Positions 1 through 14,072 are shown, counted from the first letter of the stretch. The stretch is DNA of 62,494 nucleotides from Convolutriloba macropyga (GCF_964194025.1 NC_134474.1:72231507-72294000), one strand, 5' to 3'. The notes: generated by a model not told the origin, from the sequence alone. Program-made: numbers and translations.

Positions 1-2800
1 TCGTAGCTTGCACCTCCAATTTGTTGGTGCTGTTTTATCCGATGTCTTTACTGTTACACCAAACTTGATTAGTTGCTTTCTGATCCGTTTGCTTCTCCTG
101 AGAGTTTCTTCACATGTAGATGTGGTTCTGTATTCTTCGGCTCCTGGTGGTGTTTCATTTGTTGCTGTCGGGAAATTTCTGCGCTCTTTTCCTCTAATGG
201 TATTTGGACTGTTCTTTGCTCAGTACTTCAGTCCCTAATGGAAAAATTCTTAAACTACTTGCAGGCGATTTTCAGACCATTTTTTCAACGTTTTTCTGTC
301 TAGTTGTGCTCGGTTTGTCACCGTCGAGTCTCTGCTTGACATAAAATTCATCAATTTTGAATCGCTACTAAAGTGTTTTTACATTGAAATGGAGCGATGC
401 TGTGTTCTCTAATTTTCAGAGACAGAGTAGTTTGTTCGTTGTATTGTGTTAATGCGTTTGATTCCCCTAATGACGTAACTTCTTTTTTTGCGATACTCTG
501 GTTGGTTCGCTATTTTTTTTAATTGTCGCTTTGTCTAATTGTAATTTATTGGATTTTTCCCCAAAACATTCGTTTAATTTTGGACCCCATGCATAATTCT
601 TTTTTTTTGTCTTTTTCATGATATTAGTTATCACTGTGGATCGTTCCGTTTTATCACTATTTGAGTGTTTCACTTTTGTACTGATACGATCTCCTCTTCC
701 AAATCGTTAAGGGTTGCTACAACGATATTTTCATCAAATTTGTTTATATATGACGCCGGTGCTTTTGGTTAATTTTATACGTAACCTACAATACCCATAC
801 ATTTTCCTGATATGTCTATGATTTTGGAAATCGAGTGAAATGAATCGATCTATCCCCCTTGTCGGTTTGCTTTCATATGTTTTGTTTGCCTGGTGTCATC
901 ATTGTTAGTAATGCTTTGTGATCTTTTAATATTTGGAATATGTAAGTTGAATGTAATGTTTAAAGTTTTCCATTGACCATACACTTCCAAGTAGCTGAAG
1001 TTCGTTTATGCTCTATTTTGCCTCGCCATTGTTTGGGAAACTCATTGCAAAGGTGACATTTCTCAACATGCCAACATGATACTGTTGCAAGTCTGCGCCC
1101 AGCTCTTGCCTCGAAGCATCGCATTTCAATCTTGAAACCAATTCATTATTGTAATGTGTGTTCTCTCTAGTGAGTTTTACTTTGTTTTTTATTGTTTCGA
1201 ATGCTAATTTGTGAATTTCAGACCAAAAATGTTCTTCATTTTTCTTGATTGCTTTTCATAATGGTGCTGATTAGTTTTAAGTGATTCGTAGCCTCTAAAA
1301 ATGATTTGGGTTATATTCCAGCTTTGGTGCCGATAACGTATCTATTGCAGAGTTTTTTTTTCAACGGTATTACGTCTGTATTAGAAATATTATGGTTCAA
1401 CATTTTGATCTTGTTTTATACAAATTTATATTTTCTATGCTTATTGCAAAGTTTTTTGTCCATATTATTTAGACAAATATAAGTTCAATACATTTCTGAC
1501 TATCTAGACCCACGGGATGCTATCAGTATATCATCTAGGAAACAATTTGTGTTTGTCAACTCTATTAACTTCATTTCTATTGCTTTTTGGAACTCTGCTG
1601 TATAGTCAGGAATACTGTAGAAATCTGTATGTTCGCGTGGCTTTGCCTCCGACTATAATGAATTTGAATGTTTGCTGGATTCTGAATGAGGCAGCAGTTG
1701 GCTGCATGTATATTTTAATTCCTTGCAACGTAAACTTGTCTCAGTTTTTTCACCTTTGGTGTACATATCTTGCACCGGGTTGTGCAATAGTACTGATATC
1801 TTGGGCATTTGATATTTGGTTTTATGTATTCCTTTAATGAGTACCTTCGAATCCAGCGCCAGTTTTATTGATTTGTCTTTTTTATGGTGAGTACACTTGG
1901 TGATAATAATAGCTCATCTGAGAATTATGATAATAATTTTTGTTTGACCGATTTTTAAGCTTCGTTTGAGTTCTTTTCCTATTTTATCTTGGAAGTTTAC
2001 GGGTATTTCCCTACTTTTTTGTATTACACTACAATTTTTTCGCTGCTTTGAACCAAGGCAGTTATATTGCGTTTTTCCGATTCCGGCTACTAACTTTTTA
2101 TATGATGCTAATGCTTACTGATGCTTACTGTATCACAAGATATGTGGTTAACTTTCTTAGCTTTTTGTATGTTTCCGAAAACTAAATTGTCGAGCTGATC
2201 TCTCCCTGGTATTGCTCTATTCCCATCTGCTAGGATATTTCCAGTAGAACTGCTACTACTACGACAAGGTTGATGTTGTATGACTTTAATCCCTCTGTTT
2301 TTGTTTCCGTCAAGTATTTTTGTCTTAGTTTTGTTCAAATTCTGATGCTAGCTCTTCAGGTATGAGTGCTGCTTCGCCACTAGGGGTTAGGAGGAAATTT
2401 GTTGTTATCCCAATATTTGATATTTTTGTCGCTCATTTTTTGTTCCAAATTATTGTCCGCAGAATTGACACCTGAATACTTGAATACCAGAGATTCTCTA
2501 AGGGACCCTTCTTTTTTAATAGCTTTAGGAATGTTTTGTCAGTTCAACTAGTACATAAACTGCACTCGTATGGCGGGTCCATTGCTTCACGTTAGTTCCT
2601 ATTTTACAGATATGTCAGAAAGATTTCGAGGAAATAAATTAAAATGCTCAAAAATACTTTTCGAAAAGCTGAGTAAGCAGCATCGCTATGTGTTTTATAG
2701 CTCTAGGGTGGACTGTGTGTGGTCTTTAAGGGCACAATTTTTCTTACACAATTCCTACTTTTGTTTTGCATTTCTCCGACGAAATATTATTTCATCATAA
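1..2800 (-). mobile_element. Decayed Ty3/Gypsy LTR-retrotransposon gag-pol relic (protease, RT, RNase H, integrase zinc finger); continues off the window start
   Basis: Minus-strand translations: HYNNELVSRLKCDASRQELGADLQQ (~1085-1165, RNase H CDAS..GLGA.L.Q motif); GEAK*SINELQLLGSVWSMENFK (~960-1027, Ty3 RNase H E..YS..ELE motif); AIPGRDQLD (~2190-2220, protease ILGRD motif). Many stops and frameshifts; boundaries approximate. Confidence 0.75.
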
Positions 2801-3489
2801 AGTTTTTGTGCCTTGTAACTTCTTGTGATTGGAAGGCAAAATTTTCAACACTCAGTTTTGACAGTTCTGTATCAGTTTGATGTGGGCTTAGGAATAGACC
2901 ATCCACTAAATATTGGACTACAAAACCTTGTGCAGATTCATGATTTATGCATCAAAAAGTAGATTTTCTTTGTTAATATTTGGATTACTAAGTGTCCAAA
3001 GTTTTAGTAGACTGCTGATTGCTGTAACTACTTAATTACTGAGGTGATTGTTCCACTTGCGTTTAGGGCTGAGAGTGATTATAAGTAACTTTGCCGTTGG
3101 TTTGTTTCTGATATGCACTCCTTTGAGGTTTAGATTAAATAGCGAGTACTTCTCTGACTAGTTTTAAAGGTCATGTATAGGAGTTCATTTTCAATGATGA
3201 TTGAAAACTTTTTGAATGATTTTCGTGGACGGCAATCTTTAACTCAAAGCAAAATTGTCAGAAAAATATCTGGCGAAACAAATGTCTGTTGTCGTAGTGG
3301 CCATTTTCGTATGCAGCCGCTGATCTTTTGAAAATAACGACATTTTGTGGACGATTAAAGAAACACACCAAATTGATTTACCAACTGCGTTGTTCTTAGA
3401 CTTGAAGTGTTTCATTTTTAAAAGTAACTAAAAAAACTTCTAACTGACCGTTAAAATTTATAAAATTTCCAAGTGCTTCTAGATGATTA

Positions 3490-5570
3490 AGTTGGTCTGG
3501 CCCTATGACTTGCTTTTGTTTGTTCTTTCTGGCCGACGGTGTCCACAGTCTGTTTGGTCTGTTCCAGTGTAGTCCAAATCTGGTCTGGCCGTTACCTGAT
3601 TTTCGAATTGTTGGGTCTGGACCAAGTCTGATTGGTCTGGAAGTCCGGCGTGCTCATACCTGTTTTGGGTCAGAGACCTCATCTAGAGTTTTATTTTTAA
3701 AATTCAACATGGATTGTCGCCTGCCATGTTAAAGATTGGCGAACATTATCCAGGTTAGGCTCTCAAACAATAGTTATTCTTATCAAAAAAATATTGCATA
3801 GTTTGAGTTCAAATGTGCAGGTCTGGAATCTGATTCGAACGCACGCAGTTTTAGACAATGTCTGGGTCTGCGGGGTCCCACGAAAGTCTAGAAAGTTATC
3901 TGGGTTGAGTCTGATCAGAGGTCACTTTGGTCTGGGATGGTCTGATTGGAGGACGCTTCAGGTGCATATGGGTCGGGCACACAATTTCCTACCCTCAAAG
4001 TCTTATCAGGGGATCAATAGGATCTTGGATGGTCAATTTGGTCAGGGGCCTCAACCTGGTAGTGGATGCAATTATTACCACTACAGAAATCTGTTTATAT
4101 CTTTTGGACAGCCCAGGTGAGTTGTGTAAGAGTGCGATTTATCTAATCATGGTCATAAAGTAAGTGTGTATGTGTTGTTTTTTGTGTTTTGATTTGTAGA
4201 GGCTAATTAAAATGATTGCTTTGACGCTGCTGTGGTAATTATGCCGATTTGGTAAAACACGAGCCATGCTTAGTATAACAAACGAGTGGTCTAATTAAAC
4301 GCTTGCAATGACATCTGTATTAACAAAAGACTCTCTCTCATTAGTTAGCTTAGAATAGAGATAAAAAAAGAAAAAAAAACGAAAGTTGGCTCTCTAAATT
4401 GGAGTTTCATTGAGTTATATGCTCTGTTCAAAAAGCGTGTCTTTTCATCTCAGCGCTTCAATTTGAATACATTTTTATGAGACGTTTTTTATAAGATGCT
4501 CAAAAAAGTTTAGTATAACTTAGACGAAATTTTTTATCAGGTGTACAAAAGAAGAACAAATTTAAGTTCGCTCTGAAATTTGAGTGAGTTGCGCAAAGTT
4601 ACAAATCGCAGATCCAAATTAAAGGAACAAGATGTTCTAGAAAAAAAATAATTCATATAACTATTTAAACTATTTTGTAACTTTGTATACATAACTGAAC
4701 CGGTGAAAAATTTTTACCGAAAATTTTTCAGTGAGACCAAATTTCTGATCTCGAACCTCAAAAGATTGGTTAAATTTTCTCAAACTTCGTGGAAAACCCA
4801 CAGAAAAACGCCCACTTAGATTTTGATAAGAAATAAACCCCACGGAAACAAACCCCCCCCCCTTTGAACAATAAAGAGCTGCGCATTTAGCGCGTTTGGT
4901 CATGCCTTAGTGGTGTATGGGACTTGATATGAAACTAACATATTCGAACAAATAATAACGACCGAAATTCAAAATTATAAGGGGGGTTTATTTCCGTAAG
5001 GGTTTATTTCCTTGGGGGTATATTTGTTTGAGGGGTTTATTCCTATCTAAAATTAGGCGGTTTTTCCGTGGGGTTTTGTTTCCTAGACCCTATATAAAAA
5101 CTCTTCATTGGTCGAGGTTTCAGTTTTAATTCAGCTCTTCTGTTAGCGACGAAAGCTGCGAACATTCTAGAAAAATGCCGATGAAAATTCAGCGCTTCGT
5201 TGGCCTTTTCCGATAGCCTATTTCAGTGAAACCCTCAATGCGGGTCGACAGTTGGTCCTCAACGTCAGTTGGCTCTCATTGTTGGCATCTTTCCCGAACT
5301 GGAGTTTGGTAATGACAAATTCTAAAAGAAAACAGGGTACTGATACTAATCATACACCAAAGAGTCATAAAACGGGGCATAATTTGGTACACCACCCAGG
5401 TTGAGGTGCCAGACTGAAAGTCGATATGTCCAGACCGTACCAGACAAAACATGCCTATGTCCAGACCGTCCCAGACGGAAAGTATCCATGTCCAGACTAT
5501 CGTGCGTTCAAAAATCAATGACCAAACTTTCGGGCGTTTGAAATTGCCTACGTCCAGATTTATGTGCGTT
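3490..5570. repeat. Two oppositely oriented clusters of GTCTG(G)/(C)CAGAC motifs; probable degenerate ends of a non-autonomous DNA transposon
   Basis: GTCTG(G) is repeated many times on + at ~3490-3950 and CCAGAC at ~5409-5560. GAACGCACG (~3837) is mirrored by CGTGCGTTC (~5501). Confidence 0.45.
4790..5085. mobile_element. MITE-like element with terminal inverted repeats and internal AAACCCC/GGGGTTT subrepeats
   Basis: AAAACCCACAGAAAAACGCC...GATAAGAAATAAACCCC (~4793-4841) is the approximate reverse complement of GGGGTTTATTCCTATCTAAAATTAGGCGGTTTTTCCGTGGGTTTT (~5032-5077). Confidence 0.65.
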
Positions 5571-6715
5571 CATTCTATTCACTGATCTTGCTTAGGTTAC
5601 TATGGTACCATGAACGGTCTTTTATACAGCTATTAAGTGACAATAATAAATGTTGGCTTTCTGCGGTCAATGAAACTTTCTAAAAGCTCTATTTTGGACC
5701 AATGTCCTCAGATATCCATTTTCTGTTTAGTTCACGATTCGGCTTGCAAAACGGACGGTCTACAGAGACGTCGTTTAATGGAATCTTTGAGCATACTAGT
5801 CGAGTATGGTCTATGATCAGATTGAGATAGATTACGCTTCAGGCGACCAAGAGTGCTCTTGTGTGGTACTTGGTGTGTTACGCTTGCTGGTTATTTTGTT
5901 CCGCCGCTTTCAACAAACCAACCAATCATAATCATGTATTGTTACGCTTGTATTGAATTATGACATTTCGAGACGTCGAGATGTAAACTTAATGAGCCAC
6001 TTGAGCAAAACTAATTAAAATTAATAGATATTTGTTGATTTTGCCAATAAATATTACCATTTTACCTGTGTATATGGCTGTATTCAAAATAAAAACATAC
6101 CAAACTCCCCGTATAAGCGACCGTTAAAATAGCCGAACACTTTAAAATAGCGCAACCGATGTCAAAAATTTGACAATTCATTGAACATTAAGTTTTCTGA
6201 AAATGTCCGAAATTTCTCAAGAGTTTTAAAGAATTCATCAGAGCTATGGACGGTTCGATTATGTTTAGGCTAATTTTGCATTCGGTCAAAAGAGATGGTG
6301 TTTGGTGACGATTTGTGGTTGTTCATGCCTATTTAACAATCGGTTCGTGCGGCGTTTTGCTTGTTCAATTTGCATTACAAACTACTTGCGATTGCTCTCG
6401 ACCAAACTCGATAACTCTGAGCCGGTTCTCGAGTCCTCTCCTCTCTCGCTCTCATCTTTTAATTACCACCACGTGTATGTGTTGCCTATACCATCACATC
6501 ACACACCATGCTCACAAACAATGTAAACAAACTCAGCATATAAAAAAAAAGTTACAAACAACAAAACTCGCGTTGGAAATGTAAAAGATATGGACAAAAA
6601 GATGATTTCCAATATCTTTTCAAAAACTTCCCTATTTGGCAAATAAAATGAGGAGCTTGTTGAAGCTCAAGCTTCAATTTTAATTTGACCTTCGAGCAGG
6701 AATTGATTTTAACTT

Positions 6716-6889
6716 CCAATGATCTTGGGCACCTTTTCGTGTCCCCAGTACGTTACCCCCCCCCCCCCCGTTACAGATCACGTGCCATTACATTGAAAAT
6801 ATTTATGTAAAAATATAGTGCGTCTAATATGCGCCCACTAAGCTGAAGGGGCACAAACGGAAAAGTGCCGATCTTGGACAGGGCTTCTG
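6716..6889. repeat. Degenerate inverted repeat (possible old MITE) enclosing a poly-C tract
   Basis: TCCAATGATCTTGGGCACCTTTTCGTGTCCCC versus the reverse complement of GGGGCACAAACGGAAAAGTGCCGATCTTGGA. Confidence 0.4.
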
Positions 6890-7215
6890 AGATCATAGAC
6901 GTCACAGAGGAACAACTAGAAGTCAGTCACACAAACAGTTTTTTGTAATCACCACAGTGGACATAATGTATGGTGGGCTGTGATATGGAACCAGAGAAAT
7001 CATTATATTCCTGGATTGTGCATCTAAGACACCATATATGATCTTAGATTAGGTCTCTAAGATCCTTACAGAAAAACAGCCAAAAAGTCAGTCACAAACA
7101 ATTTTTATTAATCACCGCAATGAACAATTTGTGTGGTTTTCGGTATGGAACCAAGGAAATCATTGTGGTCTTTCAAATGGTATCCAGGACTTTATATATG
7201 ATCTAGAATATGGTT
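6885..7215. repeat. Diverged tandem repeat of ~165 bp (two copies; possible third remnant after 7550)
   Basis: AGTCAGTCAC...AATCACC...TATGGAACCA...AAATCATT...ATATATGATCT occurs at ~6921-7044 and again at ~7086-7204. Confidence 0.6.
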
Positions 7216-7264
7216 TCGCATTCAGTCGCATCGAAAATAGCACGCGTGAGCCTGTGTATGGTTT

Positions 7265-7548
7265 CCGGTACTTAAGGCTCAGCGAAATTCAGTACTGATT
7301 CAGGACAATTTCAGAGAATTTTCAAGATTACTACTGATTCGGAAGGATTTCAGAATCAATTGTGAAGTGATTTCTGAATTTCTTTGAATCAAAGCAAAAT
7401 TCAGAGAAAATATTCACTATTCTTCTGAATCAGAAGAAAATTCAGAATGAATCACTGAATTTGCTCTGAATCAGACAAATTCAGTGCAAAATGTGACCTG
7501 AATTAGACTCTCGAGCAGTACTGAAATTGGCTTAGTGTTAGGTACGGG
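7265..7548. mobile_element. MITE with ~33-bp TIRs, CC(C/G)...GGG termini and a 2-bp TT target-site duplication (CMC/EnSpm-like)
   Basis: Left end CCGGTACTTAAGGCTCAGCGAAATTCAGTACTG matches the reverse complement of the right end (CCCGTACCTAACACTAAGCCAATTTCAGTACTG). TT flanks both sides (7263-64, 7549-50). The interior is full of TGATTCAG/CTGAATCA subrepeats. Confidence 0.72.
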
Positions 7549-10500
7549 TTCTAGAATCTTTAAAGAGTAACAAGCGTCAACCAGTTACAACAACGGTCTT
7601 CATGTAGATTTATTCTGAACAAAAAGATTTATTCTGAACAGTCCAATTGTAGTATGGAGTCCTTTCCATAAATGCAGTATTACATCACACGTAAGCAAGT
7701 TAGCTTTGTGATTTTTTACAGCCAATTGAAAAAAATCAATGAATGGAAATAGCATATATAGCACATAGAAGTCAAAAATAGTTCACCCAAATTGTGGAAT
7801 AGGGCAAAAACATGCGAAACGAAATGTATCTTTTCGTCTGTATTTTGTCTTTAAATTTAATTCTGAGCAACGTCTGCATGAATGCGTTTGCATTTAATTC
7901 TGCATGAATGATTTTAATGTGGAACGTGTTTTTGTTCTGGTCTTAGTCAAAACAATCAAGCTGTCGAAAGATTTGTCTGATTGCTTGTCAATTGTTTTCT
8001 GAGGAACGTGTCTTCCAAAAATATGTTTTTCGGTGCATAGTGACAGAAAAAAAAAGGATTCCAGCTAGACTGTAATAAAGATGCCGCGCAAAATGTTCAG
8101 GTCAAAAAAAACTTATTTAAAAAAAGAATTGTTTGATTAAACAAAAAAATAGCAAGAAAAACTGGAATTTACAACTTTATGGAACTGACAAACTTTTGAC
8201 CTGCCATTTTGAGAATTTAAATTACGAGTGATTCTTTTTGATCGTTTTTAGCGCAAAAAGCCAGAAAAAAATTATACAGAACCACATATATCAAATGAAA
8301 TACTTTTTATAACAGCTTTGGATTCAAAACTTTCAGAAAAGTTTACTTTGAGTAAATTTTCGAAGTCAACAATTTAAAAAACTACAAAATTAACAAAATC
8401 TTGCAACAAAAGTAACTATACACTTAATATGAGCAACGGCAAAAAAAATACGGGGCATGAAATGAAGGAGAAATTAGTAAAATCAATAAAGAGCAAAAAT
8501 ATAGAAGTAGTGAATTTCGATTTAAAAACGAAACTTCATTTTGAACTCACTCAACAAAATTGATATTTATAAATAAAAAAGGTACCCCATTGATGAAACT
8601 GTTCCGCCTCACATTTATAAAATTTACTTACAAAAAATTGAAGCATAAATCAAAACACTGAAAGCAAAAATAAACGAATGGACATGTATTTAAGTCAGTT
8701 GTACCTTTAACTATAAACAAGAAGGTTGAAACAGAAGATGATATAAAACAATATAGAGCACTTTAGTACTCCCATTATTTGAGCTAACGAGATAATACAA
8801 ACACCAAAACAGCTCAAAGTTTATTAATTCTCAGAGCCAATTTTTCAAGGGAGTTTTACTTGCTGCATAGTTGGTTGTTTGATAACTTGAGTGGAAAAAC
8901 AACGTTCTGTTCAGTTCAATCTGTTCTGTTCAACGCTTAAATTGGGACAAAACTCCTTGATTCATATTTAATACATAAGACAACAAAAATTGACTTTTAT
9001 CTATCAAAACAGTTTTTTGTAAAAAACAACTTGAATGCTTGGATTGCTCATTTTTTTGTTTCCCTTTTAGTTTCCTGCTATATTGTTTTGGTCAATTGAT
9101 TAAAAAAATTTTTGCCAACGTATTGTTTTTTATGTAAAATTTAGCTTTCCAAATTATCAAATACATAAATATAATTTTCCTTGCTTGATATTCCAATCAT
9201 CCCCTACTATATAAGTGTTTTGCGTCTAAATTGTGAGCAGACAGGTAAAGTTTGAATAAAACTTCATTCACCATTTAAAAAGACAATTATAGGTTAATTA
9301 GAGGTTAATTTAGCAGTTAACAGTTGGTCATTTTTGAAAAATGCTTTAATTAAAAAAATGTTTTAAAGAAAATTTTAAAATGTGATATAAAATTTTTTAA
9401 AGATTATATTTTCAATCGTTTTACTATTTTGTTTTAAATTTATAAGGTTTTATAAGCAAATTTGCGTGTGATATAGCAGATTTTATTTCTCAAGCAAATA
9501 ATGACAGGCGATACTTTGGAACAAATACTAAAAAATTAGAAAGAAAAAATTTAATCAAAATTTCTGAAAAATCAATGAAAATACAAAACTAGAACATTTA
9601 TTTATTGTGAACGAAATAGTCCCCTGAGGCGGCTGAAAAATCATCCAAACTTGAACTTTCTGTCTGTTCACATTTGTGACAGACAACTGGTCCATTTAAT
9701 CAGTGTCTCTTAAGGCAGACGTTCTTGGATATTTTTAGACGGTCAGTCCCCTTATTTTTTTAAATCAATTTATAGAAATATTAAACTATTAAAACTGTTG
9801 GAGCTGTTAAAACTGTTAACACGTTCAATTATGAGTCCTAAAAATCTGAAAGACTCAAAAACAAACCCCCTAACAAGTACTCATAAAGCAGAGTTTGCAT
9901 GTCATGAGCTTTAGCTTGACAATAAAGTCAAAATGGGTATATCTAAAGTTATTCTAATGTTTTTTAATTGGTTCCAATATAAACTACGGTAAAAAAGAAG
10001 CAGCAAAATTTATGTCCTTTAATTGTATTTTGTGCCCATAGTAGGCAATAAAAGGTTTAAAATTTCAAAATTACAACCTGACAAATTTGGTTGAAAAACG
10101 TTGAACTTTTTCGTGATCACATGAAAACCAAAGACACAATGACGCAAACGCAAAAAATAGTTATTTTGGTCTCTAGTTCTTGTTTTTTTAACAGCATAGA
10201 AGTCTTGCATTAATTTATTCGCAGGTATTTGTAGCTTATTGATTCCAATAAATCTTCTCCACCCAAGGAAATTTCCATGATGCGCTCGCTCTGAGGACAA
10301 ATTTTGTTTATTAATTAAACATTAAAACACTAAGATCACTTTTGAAAATCTTTCTTCAAATTTTGAGGCCTCATTTGGCAAAAAGAGTTGAATAATTGCT
10401 CAACATTCCTTCAACAACCGGCCAGTTGAAAATACTTGTAATTAGAATTTTGATTAATTTATCTATCACGGAAAACATAACTGCTCACACCTCAAAATAT

Positions 10501-12559
10501 TGATCGTTTCAAAACTATTCAGGTGGAACAAGAATGTTTTTAGTTCATTTTGATTATCACTGGTCGTTACTTGATGAAAAAATTCTGGAAAGATGATTGA
10601 TCTGATACCGGATAGCAATTTCAAAGTTATCATGATGCGAAAGGACAGTCGATTCACTTTATTATTTTTAGAACGAAAAACGGTGTGCCTTCAACTGAAA
10701 ATCACGTTATATATTTTTGACATTCGTACTGGATATTCTGATATATTTTTATTCCGGTTTCTATTTTAGAACATATATTTCTTTTTGTGTTTTTAAACAA
10801 ATGAAGAATATTTTATGATTTCTACGTCGACCAAGACAACAGTCAGGGGTTCCTTGAGTTTTTTTGTATGACGGTAGTACTGAGCAGGTTTGCATTGACT
10901 CTGATTTTTTTTTCGCAAGTTCTATATCAAATTAAAACGGAAGTGATCTTCGAAAAGATAGACCATTCACTTCCTAATCCTCAGCGAAAGGCGGTTTCTG
11001 AGATATGAGCGTTTGAAATGACTTGACCTCAATCTTGTGTGACTTTCCTATAGCACTGCTTCTTGATCTTGACGAGTGGATACCAAAAAATATTGAAAAT
11101 GCAACTAATTTCCGTTTTCACGGACTCTTACTTGCAACGAGAGATGCTCTATGCTCCGAAGAAATTTTTGAATTTTGAACAAGAAATTTTTTCTTTAGTA
11201 AAAAAAGTCCCTTAAGTTTTTTGTGAGGCTCGCTATATCTTCGCTATAAGTTAAGATATACTTCGTGAATTGCCGATCGGTTATCAAATTATTGATACGA
11301 AATGGAATTTGAGACACGAAAGCGTTTTACTGAGCTGAAACGGAATTCGCGCCGCAATTGCGCTTCCGAAAACTTTACTAAGTAGATTCCAAATACTAAA
11401 TTGGGTTTCGCGGTGCAAAATACTATTCTATTTTCGCAGATCAATTGGAAAATGAATTTAAATTAAAAATAAAAATTTTCATTCATACTTTAATCACATC
11501 TAATTAGCGAAAATTAGAATTGTTTATAAGTTAAACAATAATTTAATCGCAAAATTCTCTCTTGCAGAAAAAAAACTAAAGAATCACCTAACTACATGTC
11601 TGAACAATAAAAAAAATCAACAAATAAACTGCGAAATGATATTGAAAATTGGGTTTTGGAACTAATTTAAATGTATGTCATATGACACTTCCCCTTTTTT
11701 AGCGAAATTAAAGGGCAATCAGAAATAAAAAGTAAAAATCAGAAAATTATTATTTATTCACCGGTTATATAATAAAATCAGATATTATATAGTTGTAAGT
11801 ATAATTAGACACATAGCGTCAATATGAAAGTTTTGAGTTTGAAGTTTCTTAGCGCAAATAAAAACTGTTATCTCTCGTTTGTCCTGCCTCTAAAACAGAC
11901 ATTTCAGTTGGAAGATTCGGATTTTGGTCCCTAGTCCATATTACAATCGGGTCTATTAGGAAGCGTTCTCCGAGTAAACGTGTGGTTGTATTCCTTATTA
12001 GTTCATTGCATTGGGATGTTTGGATATCCCCATTTACTATATTCGGTTCCTCGCTTGATATTTTATTCGTTTTATAACCAAATTACTTTGTCTTTTTCTG
12101 TTTTCGAGTTCTAAGTCAATTTCAAGAGTTTGTGGATTAACCGGAGTCAACCGCTGGAATTACGTCTCTAGAGGCTTGTTTTGGTTATTTAATTTACGTC
12201 GCAGGAGCGTTGTCAGATTGAAGCTCACGATTTTGCTTAGCGGAAAAACTTTTGGGTTGCTGGGTCGTATTTTTCGTCGCAAAAAAAGATTGATCTGAAG
12301 GGACTTTTGGAGCAGGTGTTTCGACGCGATCTAAAGCAACGCAATCAAAGCTTGGGTTTCGCTGGGAGATTCTAATATTCAGTGCCCTAGCGACATTGCT
12401 GTTGTTCGAAGAACATGATGTTTTGAAACTTTTTGATGTTTCGGCCGGCTTTTTTTTTATTTTTTGATCTTCTTATTCCCATTCTGCTTTCTTCCAAGAC
12501 CTTTCATTTGGTCTTCGGTCTTTTGTTTCAACAATTTGCCAGTTAATTTTCGGAGCGCG

Positions 12560-12830
12560 TGCCAATATGTGGTTACGGATCCATCTATGTTGGGCAGACA
12601 AGTCGGCACGCTACCAGTATGATACCAGAACATCAATAGAAGGATTCTCAGATGGGTCATTATCTTGTTGAATGTGGTGGCTCCAAGATTGACATTGAAT
12701 GGGAAATTCCGAATGTCTGTCACACAGTAGAGAACGTCATTACCATCGATGCTATATACATCAGCAAGTTAAAGCCGAGTCCAAACACAAGCGATGAATA
12801 TGGGGGCGAGAACTCATGCTAAAAATTTAG
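12560..12830 (+). pseudogene. Penelope-like retroelement 3' fragment (GIY-YIG endonuclease)
   Basis: Translation ICGYGSIYVGQTSRHATSMIPEHQ*KDSQMGHYLVEC...IEWEI...ITIDAIYISKLKPSPNTSDEY matches the PLE pattern Y.G.T.R...R..EH...H...E.+YI...KP.LN. One stop and a terminal frameshift; not in the ORF track. Confidence 0.75.
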
Positions 12831-14072
12831 TTCAAGTCACAATTTTGACCTGAGAAAATAAAAAAAGGGCAACAAACTTTTTGTGAATGACAAACACAAA
12901 TATGCAAAACCCTCACAAAAGAGATGATTAGGGTTAGAGCAAATTCGAAAAAAAACCCTAGAAATACAAAAACATGGTCCGAATAGAAAAATCCGGAATA
13001 GGATTGTTCTTATAGAAATGGGTTAAAGTTATAATTATGAAGTTGTACGTAGGCTGAAAATTGTATGTAGTGAAATATTTCAATTTGACAACTAATTTTC
13101 TTCTACATCAGTTATATTGTGATTTTTTTTGATATTTGACATACGAAATTAGCAGAGATCACAACCCGGCCATGCTCCAGTTATTCGAGGTTTTTTATTA
13201 TTATCCAAAATCACTCAGCAGATTTTTTGATTGCTTCCTTTTTCTTTTATACTTTTTGGCCTTTTGTGCATAATTTTTATATTCAGATCCTTATGCAAAA
13301 CATAATCAAAACTGCCGTGCGTTTTTTTCCACATCACCAGTAATGTCTAAACTTTGATTGGAGTTAAAGTTTAGCCATTCTTTTTTGATTTATTTAAATT
13401 TTGTTGGTGGAAAATATATGAATTTTTGAATAAATTAGTTGTAGTTAACTTACCATTAGGAGAATTGGATTTTTAGAACTGAAGTAGTAGAAAAATTTCG
13501 ACTTGTTGAAGGAGAATTTTTAGGCGGAATGAAGAAGAGAATAGAATGTTGGAAATAATATTGTTTCGCGATAACTACTAAGACATATGCAAAGACCTGA
13601 ATTTTATTGTAATTATCATCAGATACTCAAAAATTGAGTCGAATAACACCAATAAAAATTGGTGAAAAGAAAAAAAGCACTTAGAGATAATGATAATTTT
13701 GCACTTTTCAAACGCAAAATATTGCTTATCATCTAAAATTTTGATGGGAATCAAACTATGTTTGACACTTGGAATTTCAACACTTTCAACGCTCTCGATA
13801 AAAATTTCAATGTTAGAGTTGACAACAATATTGATCTCAATCTATCTTATTCCATAAATAAATTTGAAGCAGCCATCTTCATATTTTACCAAAGCGACAG
13901 TCGACCTGGTATTCATGTTTTTTACATCAATGAAATTGAGAATGACTGTACTTGAATTAAATCGGCTCTTACCACCAACTCAAATTGCATAATTGAGTTG
14001 CACTCCCGAAATCAAATGAATTTAGCCTTCTGAACATTATTTTAAAAAATTCGATGCTATCAAAACAACTAA

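Noticed and set aside
7700-11800. Genes or defined transposons in the long AT-rich stretch (also 38900-40150)
   Set aside because: Some segments look like old DNA-transposon debris, but I could not identify paired ends, TSDs or protein motifs.
11860-13700. 5' LTR and PBS of the env-bearing Gypsy element
   Set aside because: I found no sequence here matching the region after the candidate PPT (26602 onward), and TGGTG at ~13660 is too short to call a PBS.
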